The translations under genes and the position numbers were made by a program. Of a stretch of DNA of 64,000 bases, positions 1 through 8,192 are shown piece after piece. This DNA is from Candidatus Latescibacterota bacterium. GTDB lineage: Bacteria; Latescibacterota; UBA2968; UBA8231. The stretch's first letter is position 1. Every line of letters starts with the position of its first letter. A model generated the notes under the pieces. That model saw nothing but the letters and a program-made list of their open reading frames with translations. It did no database searches and had not been told where the DNA came from. Location: contig OZ252098.1 in NCBI GenBank assembly GCA_965248355.1, positions 2,944,001 through 3,008,000 of the forward strand, read 5' to 3'.

Positions 1-325
1 CTCGGGGACGGTGACGGGAGGGGATGGTACCTGGCGGCTCGAGGGCCCCGTGTCGAGCCGGAGTCTCGGGCTCCTGGGCGACGCCCGGTACGTCCTCGCC
101 GCGAGGGGGAACCGCCGGATCCTGTTGGGAGAAGTGCGGGCGGTCGACGCGCGGTTCCGCCCAGGCGCGGGGGAAGTCCTCGCCGCCGTGGAGTTCGAGT
201 CCACGGCCAACGGCGACGGCCGGTCCCATCCCGTGGAAGAGGGCCCCGCGAGCCTTTTCCTGGCCACACGGCCTTCGGGGCCCTTGCTGCTCGCCCTCCT
301 CGAAAAGGTGAGCCCCGCGAGGTAA
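1..325 (+). CDS. 3' end of a gene truncated by the window edge (hypothetical; possibly secretion-adaptor-like C-terminus)
   Basis: Open frame (track 11..325) ending in TAA, GC-rich codon usage, co-oriented with the downstream operon; no diagnostic motif visible. Confidence 0.45.
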   Translation, partial: SGTVTGGDGTWRLEGPVSSRSLGLLGDARYVLAARGNRRILLGEVRAVDARFRPGAGEVLAAVEFESTANGDGRSHPVEEGPASLFLATRPSGPLLLALLEKVSPAR

Positions 326-415
326 AGCGCGAGGGGCGCCTGGGGAGACGCCCGTGCGATCGTTCCCGGAGAGTCCGGGAATGCCCGCCTGAGCCAAACC
401 AGAAAAGGTCATGTC

Positions 416-1189
416 ATGAAGAGATGGGCAGAGAGAGGCACGAAGGAGGAGGAGAGGGCGCACCTGGTGGACCGCGTGCGCCTCGTGGTGGCGTCGCCGC
501 GGCAGGCTCTCGGCGCCATCCTCGAGAGCCGCCCCTGGGTGGACGTATTCGTGGTGCTGAGCCTGGGGAGCGCGCTGTTCTCGTGCCTCTCCCTGCACCT
601 GGCGGGGGACCAACTGGAGCTCGTGCCGGCCGGACTGCTCACCGAGTCCCAGCAGGATGTCGTCGCCGTCCTGAGGTTCGCGGCGATCGTCCTGCTTGCG
701 TTCCCGGTCACCCTCGTCAGCCTCCTGGCGCCCGCGTTCTTCCTGTGGCTGCTGGTGCAGATGTTCGAGGAATGGAGCGACTTCCGGTCGATCCTGGCCG
801 TCGTCGCCCACGCGAGTCTGGTGTTGCTGTTCTCCCAGGCGGCGGACACCATCCTGCTCGCCCTGAGATTGCAGGGGCAAGAGGCCGTGGGCCTCTCGGA
901 GATGGGAGCCCAGGCCGATCTGGGCCTGCTCTTCGACCTCGGCGGGGCCCCCCTTCTCGCGGTCCTCCTGTCGTACACCAGCCCTTTCAAGATCTGGTTC
1001 TATGGACTCCTCGTCCTCGGCATCGGCCGGGCCTGCCGGCTGACCTGGCCGCGCAGCGCCGGCGTCGTGGCGCTCCTCCTCGTCGCCAGCCTCGCGCTGA
1101 GAGTGAGCCTCACCTTCCTGACGGATTCGGCCTCCGAGTCCCTCACCGCCGACTCCGACTGCCCCGCCTGCGAGCTGCTGCCACACTGA
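416..1189 (+). CDS. YIP1-family multi-pass membrane protein
   Basis: 257 aa with about 5 hydrophobic segments; YIP1-like pattern 'VVASPRQALGAILESRPW' ... 'SPFKIWFYGLLVLGI'; TGA overlaps the next ATG. Confidence 0.7.
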   Translation: MKRWAERGTKEEERAHLVDRVRLVVASPRQALGAILESRPWVDVFVVLSLGSALFSCLSLHLAGDQLELVPAGLLTESQQDVVAVLRFAAIVLLAFPVTLVSLLAPAFFLWLLVQMFEEWSDFRSILAVVAHASLVLLFSQAADTILLALRLQGQEAVGLSEMGAQADLGLLFDLGGAPLLAVLLSYTSPFKIWFYGLLVLGIGRACRLTWPRSAGVVALLLVASLALRVSLTFLTDSASESLTADSDCPACELLPH

Positions 1190-3114
1190 TGGCCAATCTC
1201 TCCTTTGCGGACCTGACGGGACGTGGGGTGCGCGTCGCCATCATCGACAGCGGCCTCGACACCTCCCGCCCCGACCTCGCGAGGAACGTCGTCGGAGGCG
1301 TCTCGATCCAAGTCGGGGACGACGGGACCATTCGGCGGAGCGAGGACTACGCCGACGAGGCGGGACACGGCACCGCCTGCGCCGGGATCCTCCGCGGCCT
1401 GGCTCCCGAGGTGGAGCTGTCGATCATCCGGATCTTCGACGCCCTCCTCTCCGCCCGGGCCTCGGTCCTGGAGGCCGCCCTCGAGCACGCCGGCGAGGAG
1501 GGCGCTCACGTCATCAACGCGAGCCTCGGAGTCACCGACACCGCGGTCGCCGGCCGTCTCCGGGATGTCTGCCGCAGCCTTCAGCGCGCCGGCATCTGCA
1601 TCGTCTCCGCTCAACCCCGCGGCGGCGAGCGCAGCTTTCCCGCGGAGTTCGAGGAGGTGATCGGCGTCGAGGACGGGGACGTCCGCGGCAAGTACGGGTA
1701 CCACTACCGCGCCGGCCGGCCCATCGAATGCGTCGCCAAGGGAGGCCCCCGCCGGGTCGTCTGGCTGAACGGGGAAGAGGCGCTGAAGAGCGGCGCGAGC
1801 TACGCCGCACCCCATATCAGCGGCATCGTGGCGCTCCTGAAGGAACGGTACCCAACGGCCGGCCTCGAGGAGATGCGGAGGCTGCTCGAGAGCAACGCCA
1901 CCAGCCCCCCGAGCGCGAGTCCCCGGGGACGGGGGAAGAAAGCCCGGAGCCCCGGGGGAAAGGGGCGCCCCGGCCGGGTGGATCGGCGGCCCTCCTCGCC
2001 GTGGATGCGCCGCGTCGTCCTGTACCCCTACAGCAAGGAGCTCCACGGCCTCGTCCGCTTTCGGGATCTCACGGGCCTGGAGGTGGTGGGCGTGGCCGAT
2101 CCGGCGGGCCGGCGCCTGGTGGGCAAGGACGCGGGAGAAGCGATCGGCGCGGAACCCGCGGGTGTCATGATCGGGCCTGCCCTCGCCGGCGAGCTGGGCG
2201 CCGGTGACACGGTGATCCTGGGCTATCTCGACGAGCTCGGACGGATCGCGAAACGCGACCTGCTGAGGGATGCCATCGAAGCCGCCCTCGCCGGCAACCG
2301 CAACGTCTACAGCCTGAATGCGGTGCCCGAGTTGAGGTATGGAGACTTGTACGCCGAGAGCCGCCGCAGGGGGCTCCGGTTGGCCTATCCCTCGGTCTCC
2401 ATCGCCGAGGTGGAGAGGACGATCCGGGAGAAGTCGACCCTGGGCAAGATCGCCGTGCCCGTCATCGGCTTCTTCGGGACGAGCTCCCAGCAGGGAAAGT
2501 TCACCGCCCAGCTGGCCTTGCGCCGCCATCTGCTGAAGCAGGGCTACCGGGTCGGCCAGCTCGGCACGGAGCACCAGTCCGGGCTCTTCGGTTTCGACTA
2601 CACCTTCCCCATGGGGTACGCCTCGCCCCTCGAACTGCCCCTTCAGCGCTTCGAGCCCTTCCTGGACGCCAAGCTCAGGGAGATCCATCACGACAAGAAG
2701 CCCGATGTGCTCATCGTCGGGTCCCAGTCGGGCACCATCCCCTTCGCCATCGACGAGCCCCGGAGCCATCACTTCGGGAGTCTCGCCTTCCTGTTGGGCG
2801 CCAAACCCGATGTCTGCGTGCTGGCGGTCAACTGCATGGACCCGGAGGAGTACGTGAGGCACACCATCGACGCCATCCGGATCGTCGGGAAGGCCCGGAC
2901 GATCTGTCTCCTGCTCAGCGACAAGCAGAGGCGCGTGGAGTCGGCCCATGGCCACACCTGGATGAGTTCCAGGGTCCTGAAGGGCGCGGCGCTGCAGGAG
3001 GCGCTGAAGGACCTGGAGGACCGGTTCGGCCTTCCCGCGGTATGCCCCGCCGACCCCGGCGGTCAACGCCGCCTCGCAGAGACCGTGGAGACGGCGCTCT
3101 CGGCGGCCGCCTGA
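1189..3114 (+). CDS. S8 subtilase fused to a C-terminal DUF1611-like P-loop domain
   Basis: ATG 1189 (MANLSFADLTGRGVRVAIIDSG); triad motifs IIDSG, GHGTACAG, SGASYAAPHISG; basic linker; C-terminal domain with 'VIGFFGTSSQQGKFT' and 'VLIVGSQSG'. Confidence 0.85.
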   Translation: MANLSFADLTGRGVRVAIIDSGLDTSRPDLARNVVGGVSIQVGDDGTIRRSEDYADEAGHGTACAGILRGLAPEVELSIIRIFDALLSARASVLEAALEHAGEEGAHVINASLGVTDTAVAGRLRDVCRSLQRAGICIVSAQPRGGERSFPAEFEEVIGVEDGDVRGKYGYHYRAGRPIECVAKGGPRRVVWLNGEEALKSGASYAAPHISGIVALLKERYPTAGLEEMRRLLESNATSPPSASPRGRGKKARSPGGKGRPGRVDRRPSSPWMRRVVLYPYSKELHGLVRFRDLTGLEVVGVADPAGRRLVGKDAGEAIGAEPAGVMIGPALAGELGAGDTVILGYLDELGRIAKRDLLRDAIEAALAGNRNVYSLNAVPELRYGDLYAESRRRGLRLAYPSVSIAEVERTIREKSTLGKIAVPVIGFFGTSSQQGKFTAQLALRRHLLKQGYRVGQLGTEHQSGLFGFDYTFPMGYASPLELPLQRFEPFLDAKLREIHHDKKPDVLIVGSQSGTIPFAIDEPRSHHFGSLAFLLGAKPDVCVLAVNCMDPEEYVRHTIDAIRIVGKARTICLLLSDKQRRVESAHGHTWMSSRVLKGAALQEALKDLEDRFGLPAVCPADPGGQRRLAETVETALSAAA

Positions 3115-3116
3115 AG

Positions 3117-4061
3117 ATGACCGGACCCATGGGAGCGATGAGGAAGGCGATGCTCGCCGCGCTCGCGGCGGGCCTGTTCGTGCCGGGATGCCGGGGCGGC
3201 CAGGAAAGCTCCACGGTGCCGGGGCACCCGGTCGTCCGGGCCGTCCGTGGAGAGCTGACCGACAGGCTCTCGGCCGATGGCCGTCTCGAGTTCGCCGAGA
3301 TCGTGGACGTCAGCTCCACTCTCTCGGGCACCGTGACCTGGATCGCCGGGGAGGGTGGGATCGTGAAGGAGGGTGACCGGGTCGCCACCGTGCGGGGGCG
3401 GCAGGGACGGACCGCCAACGTCCCGGCGACCCGGGGAGGCACCGTGGTGAAGCGGCACGTGGACGCGGGAGAGAGCGTCCTCTCCGGTTTCGAGGGCGGG
3501 ACCGCGCTGGTATCCATCGCCTCCACGGAGAGCTTCATCGCCCGCTGCGACGTGGCCGAAGTGGACGTCGAGTCCTGGAGCCGGGACGGGCCGGCGGAAA
3601 TCACCGTGCAGGCCTTCCCCGAAGACCGCCTCGAGGGACGGGTGAAGCGGATTTCGAAGATGGGCCGCAGGAGCCCGGGCAGCCACATGATCACCTTTGA
3701 AGCGGTGATCGGCCTGCAAGAGACCACCGACCGGCTGCGCCACAACATGTCCTGTGTCGTGGAGGTTCCGACGTACGTGCAGAGGGACGTGATCTCCCTG
3801 CCGTTGCAGGCCGTCGTGCTCGAGGGCTTCGAAGCCGCCGCCTGGAGAGCCCGCGGTCCGGTGGGAGCCCGCGCCTGGTTGTGCTCGGCGGAGGACCCCG
3901 GCGGCGGAGGCGCGGCGCCGGCTTGCCCCCGGGACCACTTCAGGCAAGTGGGGCTGAGGATCTCGCGAGGCACGGAGAGCCGCGTCGTGGTCCTGTCCGG
4001 GCTCCGGGCCGGGGATCTCGTCGCCGCCGATGCAGCCGCCCTCGAGGAGGAGGCGGAGTGA
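3117..4061 (+). CDS. MacA-like periplasmic adaptor (membrane fusion protein), putative lipoprotein
   Basis: Lipobox-like 'LFVPGC'; lipoyl half-motifs 'SGTVTWIAGEGGIVKEGD' and 'GGTVVKRHVDAGE'; C-terminal 'VLSGLRAGDLV'. Confidence 0.8.
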   Translation: MTGPMGAMRKAMLAALAAGLFVPGCRGGQESSTVPGHPVVRAVRGELTDRLSADGRLEFAEIVDVSSTLSGTVTWIAGEGGIVKEGDRVATVRGRQGRTANVPATRGGTVVKRHVDAGESVLSGFEGGTALVSIASTESFIARCDVAEVDVESWSRDGPAEITVQAFPEDRLEGRVKRISKMGRRSPGSHMITFEAVIGLQETTDRLRHNMSCVVEVPTYVQRDVISLPLQAVVLEGFEAAAWRARGPVGARAWLCSAEDPGGGGAAPACPRDHFRQVGLRISRGTESRVVVLSGLRAGDLVAADAAALEEEAE

Positions 4062-5281
4062 GTCCGCGTCTCAGGCGCCGTTGCCGAGTTGCCAGGGCCG
4101 CCGTGGTGCAGGGCCTCCGGTATCAGCTCCGCGGCAACCTGCCGCGCACCGCCCTCGCCTGTTTCGGGATCACCGTGGGCGCGGCGGGGCTTGTTGCGGT
4201 GCTGTCCGTGGGCGGCGGGCTCAGACGCCTGCTGATCTCGGACGCCCGGCAGGCGGGGGGCCATCTGAGCGTGATCATCGCGCCGCCGCCGGGCCCGGAG
4301 AGACGCGCCCCCCTGACTCTGGCGGATATCGATCGCATCGGACGGATTCCCGGCGTGGAAGCCGTGGTCCCCGAGACCAGCGCCCCGGGGCGGATAGGGG
4401 CCGGAGGGCGGCAGGTTCCGGCGCAGGTGCGGGGGGTCACACCGGAGTTCCTGTCCCGCCGCGACTGGGGGCTGGACAGGGGCCGGGGGATCGTCACCGA
4501 GGATGTGTACTCGTCGCGGCGAGTCTGCGTCCTCGGCCACTCCGTCGCCTCCCGGCTGTTCCCCGACGCGCAGAGGACGGACGGCGCCGTATCCATCGAT
4601 GGCCTGCGGTTCTCCGTGGCCGGGGTGCTGGAGCCACGCTCCCCTCGGGATCCGGGCGGCAACGACGTGGTGCTCGTCCCCATCACGACCTCCCTCGAGG
4701 CGCTCCGGATCCGGGAAGTCGGCAGGGCGACCGTTCAGGCCGCCCACGTGGAGGAGGTCCCCGCCATCGTCGAACGAATCAAGACGTGGCTGGCGCGGGA
4801 GCACCGATACGGCGAGGACTTCCGGGTCCGTTCGGCCGTCGCCGACGCCCAGGGCGCCGTCCGGGCCCTCCGGGGGATCGAGGTGTCGCTGGGGGCGTTG
4901 GCGGCGATCTGCCTCGGCCTCGGGGGCCTGGGCATCCTGAACGTCATGCTGGCCTCTCTCGATGAGCGCGTCTACGAGATGGGTCTGCGCTCGGCCATCG
5001 GGGCTCCCGGCCACGCCCTCCTGCTGCAGCTCCTGGCCGAGTCACTCGCCATGAACCTGGCGGGCTTCCTCCCGGGGATCGCCCTGGGCGCCGGGGTCTC
5101 GTCCTGCGTGGAGTGGTCCGTCTCCCTCTTCCTGCCCGGGGCTGACTTCCGCGCAGCCGTAACGGGCGAGGCCTTGCTGGCGGCCGGGCTGGCCTCGGGC
5201 GGGGTCGGCCTGCTGTCGGGGGTCTTCCCGGCTCTGCGCGCGGCGCGCATGAGCCCGGTGCAGGCCCTGAAGGAGACCTGA
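4058..5281 (+). CDS. MacB/FtsX-family ABC transporter permease
   Basis: GTG overlaps the upstream TGA; 'GGLGILNVMLASLDERVYEMGLRSAIGA', 'FPALRAARMSPVQALK'. Confidence 0.88.
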   Translation: MSPRLRRRCRVARAAVVQGLRYQLRGNLPRTALACFGITVGAAGLVAVLSVGGGLRRLLISDARQAGGHLSVIIAPPPGPERRAPLTLADIDRIGRIPGVEAVVPETSAPGRIGAGGRQVPAQVRGVTPEFLSRRDWGLDRGRGIVTEDVYSSRRVCVLGHSVASRLFPDAQRTDGAVSIDGLRFSVAGVLEPRSPRDPGGNDVVLVPITTSLEALRIREVGRATVQAAHVEEVPAIVERIKTWLAREHRYGEDFRVRSAVADAQGAVRALRGIEVSLGALAAICLGLGGLGILNVMLASLDERVYEMGLRSAIGAPGHALLLQLLAESLAMNLAGFLPGIALGAGVSSCVEWSVSLFLPGADFRAAVTGEALLAAGLASGGVGLLSGVFPALRAARMSPVQALKET

Positions 5282-5287
5282 GAGGGA

Positions 5288-6511
5288 ATGCGGAGTCTGC
5301 ACGCGGCGCCCATGGCCCTGGCGGCGATACGGCGGTTCCGCCTGAGGGCCGTCGTCGCGGTCGTCTCGGTGGCCATCGGAGTCGCAGCCATGGTGGCGAT
5401 CCAATCCTTCGGCGCCGCCATCCAGCGGCTGGTGATGGGCGAGCTCGGCAGGCTCGGGCTCGAAGGGCTGGTCCTGGTGCACCCCCGTCCGGCGCTGGCC
5501 CTGCAGGGGCCGGGGCCGATGCTGACCCTGCAGCAGGTGCGGGAGCTCGAACGCGGCGTGCCCGATCTCGACTACGTCGTGCCCATCTTGCATTTGGATC
5601 TCGAGATCCGGTCCGGAGGCCGCGGGACGTATGCCCGGGCCACGGGCACGGCACCCGACTACCGCCGGCTTCTCGGAGACAAGATGGCGGCGGGCCGGTT
5701 TCTCGACGAGACCGACGATCTGACTCGCCGCAGGGTCTGTGTCCTCGGCGCCGACCTGGCCAAGCGACTCCTGCGAGGCGGCCATCCCGTTGGACGGAAG
5801 GTCCTCCTGGCCGGCACCACCTACACGGTCGTGGGAGTGCTCGAGGGAAGGCGGTTGATGGATTCCGCCTGGGGCGACGAGCGGCTCATCATCCCCATCC
5901 GCACGCTGCAGAGCTTTCACGGGGGGCCGCCCGGGATCCACGCCATCCACGCATCCCTGGCGGCCGGTGCCGACGCTTCGAGAGCTCTGGCCGCGGTTCG
6001 TCGAGGGCTGGCCCGCGGCGGCGGCGGCCAGGACCTCGATCATTACGAGGTCATGAGCGGCCGGGAGGTGCTTCAGGACATCAACCAGGCCCTGATCGTG
6101 GCGCGCCTCGTGACGACGGCCATCGCCGGGATGGCCCTGCTCGTCGGGGCCGTGGGCGTCCTCAATACCATGCTCATCTCGGTGGAGCAGCGTGTCTGCG
6201 AGATCGGCCTTCGCAAGGCCCTTGGCGCCCGGCCGATGGCCCTCGTGAGCCAGTTTCTCACCGAGGCCGTGGTCCTGAGCTGCTGCGGGGGAGTACTGGG
6301 CCTGGCGCTGGGATGGGGGCTCGCCAGGGGCGGGGAGGCGGTGCTCTCCGGATGGCTCGGAACCTCCATGGCAGGGTCCACCGACTGGGGGACCGCGGGG
6401 CTCGCCCTCGCCGTCTCCCTGACCGTGGGCATCTGCTCCGGCGTCGTCCCCGCGGTTCAGGCCGCGGAACTCCCTCCCGCGGAGGCCATGAGGAATGCTG
6501 GTCGAGCTTGA
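5288..6511 (+). CDS. MacB/FtsX-family ABC transporter permease (second paralogue)
   Basis: 'GAVGVLNTMLISVEQRVCEIGLRKALGA', 'PAVQAAELPPAEAMR'. Confidence 0.9.
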   Translation: MRSLHAAPMALAAIRRFRLRAVVAVVSVAIGVAAMVAIQSFGAAIQRLVMGELGRLGLEGLVLVHPRPALALQGPGPMLTLQQVRELERGVPDLDYVVPILHLDLEIRSGGRGTYARATGTAPDYRRLLGDKMAAGRFLDETDDLTRRRVCVLGADLAKRLLRGGHPVGRKVLLAGTTYTVVGVLEGRRLMDSAWGDERLIIPIRTLQSFHGGPPGIHAIHASLAAGADASRALAAVRRGLARGGGGQDLDHYEVMSGREVLQDINQALIVARLVTTAIAGMALLVGAVGVLNTMLISVEQRVCEIGLRKALGARPMALVSQFLTEAVVLSCCGGVLGLALGWGLARGGEAVLSGWLGTSMAGSTDWGTAGLALAVSLTVGICSGVVPAVQAAELPPAEAMRNAGRA

Positions 6512-7208
6512 ATCCGCCTGCAAGGTCTACCGGAAGGGGCCGGAGCGGGTGCGCGCCCTGTGGGATGTCGACGCCGCCTTCGGCCCCGGAGAGTTCGTGG
6601 CCCTCATGGGTCCCTCCGGCTCCGGGAAGACGACGATGCTCAACATCATCGGCTGTCTCGACTACCTGACGGCGGGGAGGTATCTGCTGCAGGGAGAGGA
6701 TGTAACCGGCTTGAATCCCATCCGCCTCGCCGAGGTCCGAAGCCGGAAGATCGGGTTCGTCTTCCAGAGCTTTCACCTGCTGCCGAGGGCGACGGCCGCG
6801 GAGAACGTCGAGCTCCCCCGGATCTACGCGGGATCAAGCCGGCGCCAGCGCAGAGAGTGCGCCCACGCGGCCCTCGAACGAGTCGGACTGGCGGATCGCC
6901 GCGACTTCCGGCCGGAAGAGCTGTCCGGGGGCCAGCGGCAGCGAGTGGCCATCGCCAGGGCCCTGGTGAATGAACCCTCTCTCATTCTGGCCGATGAGCC
7001 GACCGGCAGCCTGGACCCCCAGGCCGCCGGAGGGGTCATGGACCTCTTCACGAGACTGAACGACGAAGGCATCGCCATCGTCCTGGTCACCCACCAGGAA
7101 GACGTGGCACGGCACGCCAGGCGGAAGATCCGCCTGGCCGATGGGCGGGTGATCCCCGCACCCGACGGACCGGCGTGTCCCGCGCAAACACGAGAGACCC
7201 ACAGATGA
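6495..7208 (+). CDS. ABC transporter ATP-binding protein (LolD/MacB-type)
   Basis: Walker A GPSGSGKT, signature LSGGQRQR, Walker B ILADEPTG, H-loop VTH. Confidence 0.95.
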   Translation: MLVELESACKVYRKGPERVRALWDVDAAFGPGEFVALMGPSGSGKTTMLNIIGCLDYLTAGRYLLQGEDVTGLNPIRLAEVRSRKIGFVFQSFHLLPRATAAENVELPRIYAGSSRRQRRECAHAALERVGLADRRDFRPEELSGGQRQRVAIARALVNEPSLILADEPTGSLDPQAAGGVMDLFTRLNDEGIAIVLVTHQEDVARHARRKIRLADGRVIPAPDGPACPAQTRETHR

Positions 7209-7471
7209 CGAAAGCGGAGATCACCGGCAGGGTCCGGGAGGCCGTGGTGAAGGCCCTTGAGCTGCCCATCGGGCCCGAGGAACTCCCCGAGAGCGAGCCC
7301 CTCTTCGGCGCCGACGGCGAAGTCGATTCGATCCTGTCGATCAAGCTGGTCGTCGAGCTGGAGGAAGCCTTCGGAATCGACGTCGACGATGACGATCTGA
7401 CGGAGGAACTCTTCGGGACGGTCGCGGCCCTGGCGGCGTACGTGGAAACCAAACTGGCTGGCCGGGGGTGA
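7205..7471 (+). CDS. Acyl carrier protein
   Basis: 88 aa, acidic; phosphopantetheine motif 'GEVDSILSIKLVVELEEAFGIDV'; ATGA overlap with the ATPase gene. Confidence 0.88.
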   Translation: MTKAEITGRVREAVVKALELPIGPEELPESEPLFGADGEVDSILSIKLVVELEEAFGIDVDDDDLTEELFGTVAALAAYVETKLAGRG

Positions 7472-7495
7472 ACCGGCGCGCACTCTGGAGGCACA

Positions 7496-7588
7496 ATGAA
7501 GTCTTGGTTGCAGAACATCGCCGCCGGCAACGGGCGGCGCTGCCGAGGTGGCCAAAAGACGGCGACCTCCGCGAGAGCCGCCGCCTGA
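7496..7588 (+). CDS. 30-aa small ORF (MKSWLQNIAAGNGRRCRGGQKTATSARAAA); peptide or truncated gene start
   Basis: GGAGG 4 nt before ATG 7496, directly after the ACP; below the ORF-track size cutoff; ends where GC content drops. Confidence 0.35.
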   Translation: MKSWLQNIAAGNGRRCRGGQKTATSARAAA

Positions 7589-7641
7589 CCCACCTAAGCA
7601 CGAGTGATGTAGACACTTACCATCACTACACACTTACAATC

Positions 7642-8187
7642 CTACACAAGGAACGAAGAAGGGGGGACATACCCCAACTGACGATGATCTTCCGCCTTCG
7701 CCCCATCTTGAAGCCATTGTATAGGCTCTTCACACTTCTTCGTCGGATTCACCCATACGATGCCACACAACTCCACAACACTTCCTGAGGCCCTCCTGAA
7801 CAAGACACGAGCTCCCTCATCCCTCGAAACTATCCGATGATCTGCCCCGAGTGCAGCTTCAATAAGGTGCGCATCTTTGTAGGCCCTATCCATCTCGCCT
7901 GGGCTGACAGCCGCATCGATACGACTCCGTAGGTCCGCATCTTCAGGGATCTTCATGTACGCTACTAGCTTCTTGCCCCGCATCAACGAGAGCCAACTCG
8001 CCGCGTAGTTTGATTTGTGTCGACGCCACTCTGAGTAAATTGCTCGGGTCATCACGACGCGAAATTCCGCCTCCATCACCCGGAGCAAGAAGGACCCGCA
8101 CGCTCCTGAAACCAAACCAGAGGTGGCGCTCGCTGACCTGACTACATCAGCATCTATTACCAATCTGTAAGGGTAGTGCTTCGCCAC
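7642..8187 (-). CDS. PIN-like domain protein
   Basis: 'RLVIDADVV' N-terminal acidic motif, 'IYSEW', 'KDAHLIEAAL...IVSRD' PIN-type motifs; 5 nt downstream of the ATPase. Confidence 0.7.
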   Translation of the reverse strand: MAKHYPYRLVIDADVVRSASATSGLVSGACGSFLLRVMEAEFRVVMTRAIYSEWRRHKSNYAASWLSLMRGKKLVAYMKIPEDADLRSRIDAAVSPGEMDRAYKDAHLIEAALGADHRIVSRDEGARVLFRRASGSVVELCGIVWVNPTKKCEEPIQWLQDGAKAEDHRQLGYVPPSSFLV

Positions 8188-8192
8188 TACCC

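Noticed and set aside
424..1188. N-terminal 255 aa of the 896-aa ORF as part of the peptidase
   Set aside because: R/P/G-rich shadow frame over the YIP1 gene; the real start is ATG 1189.
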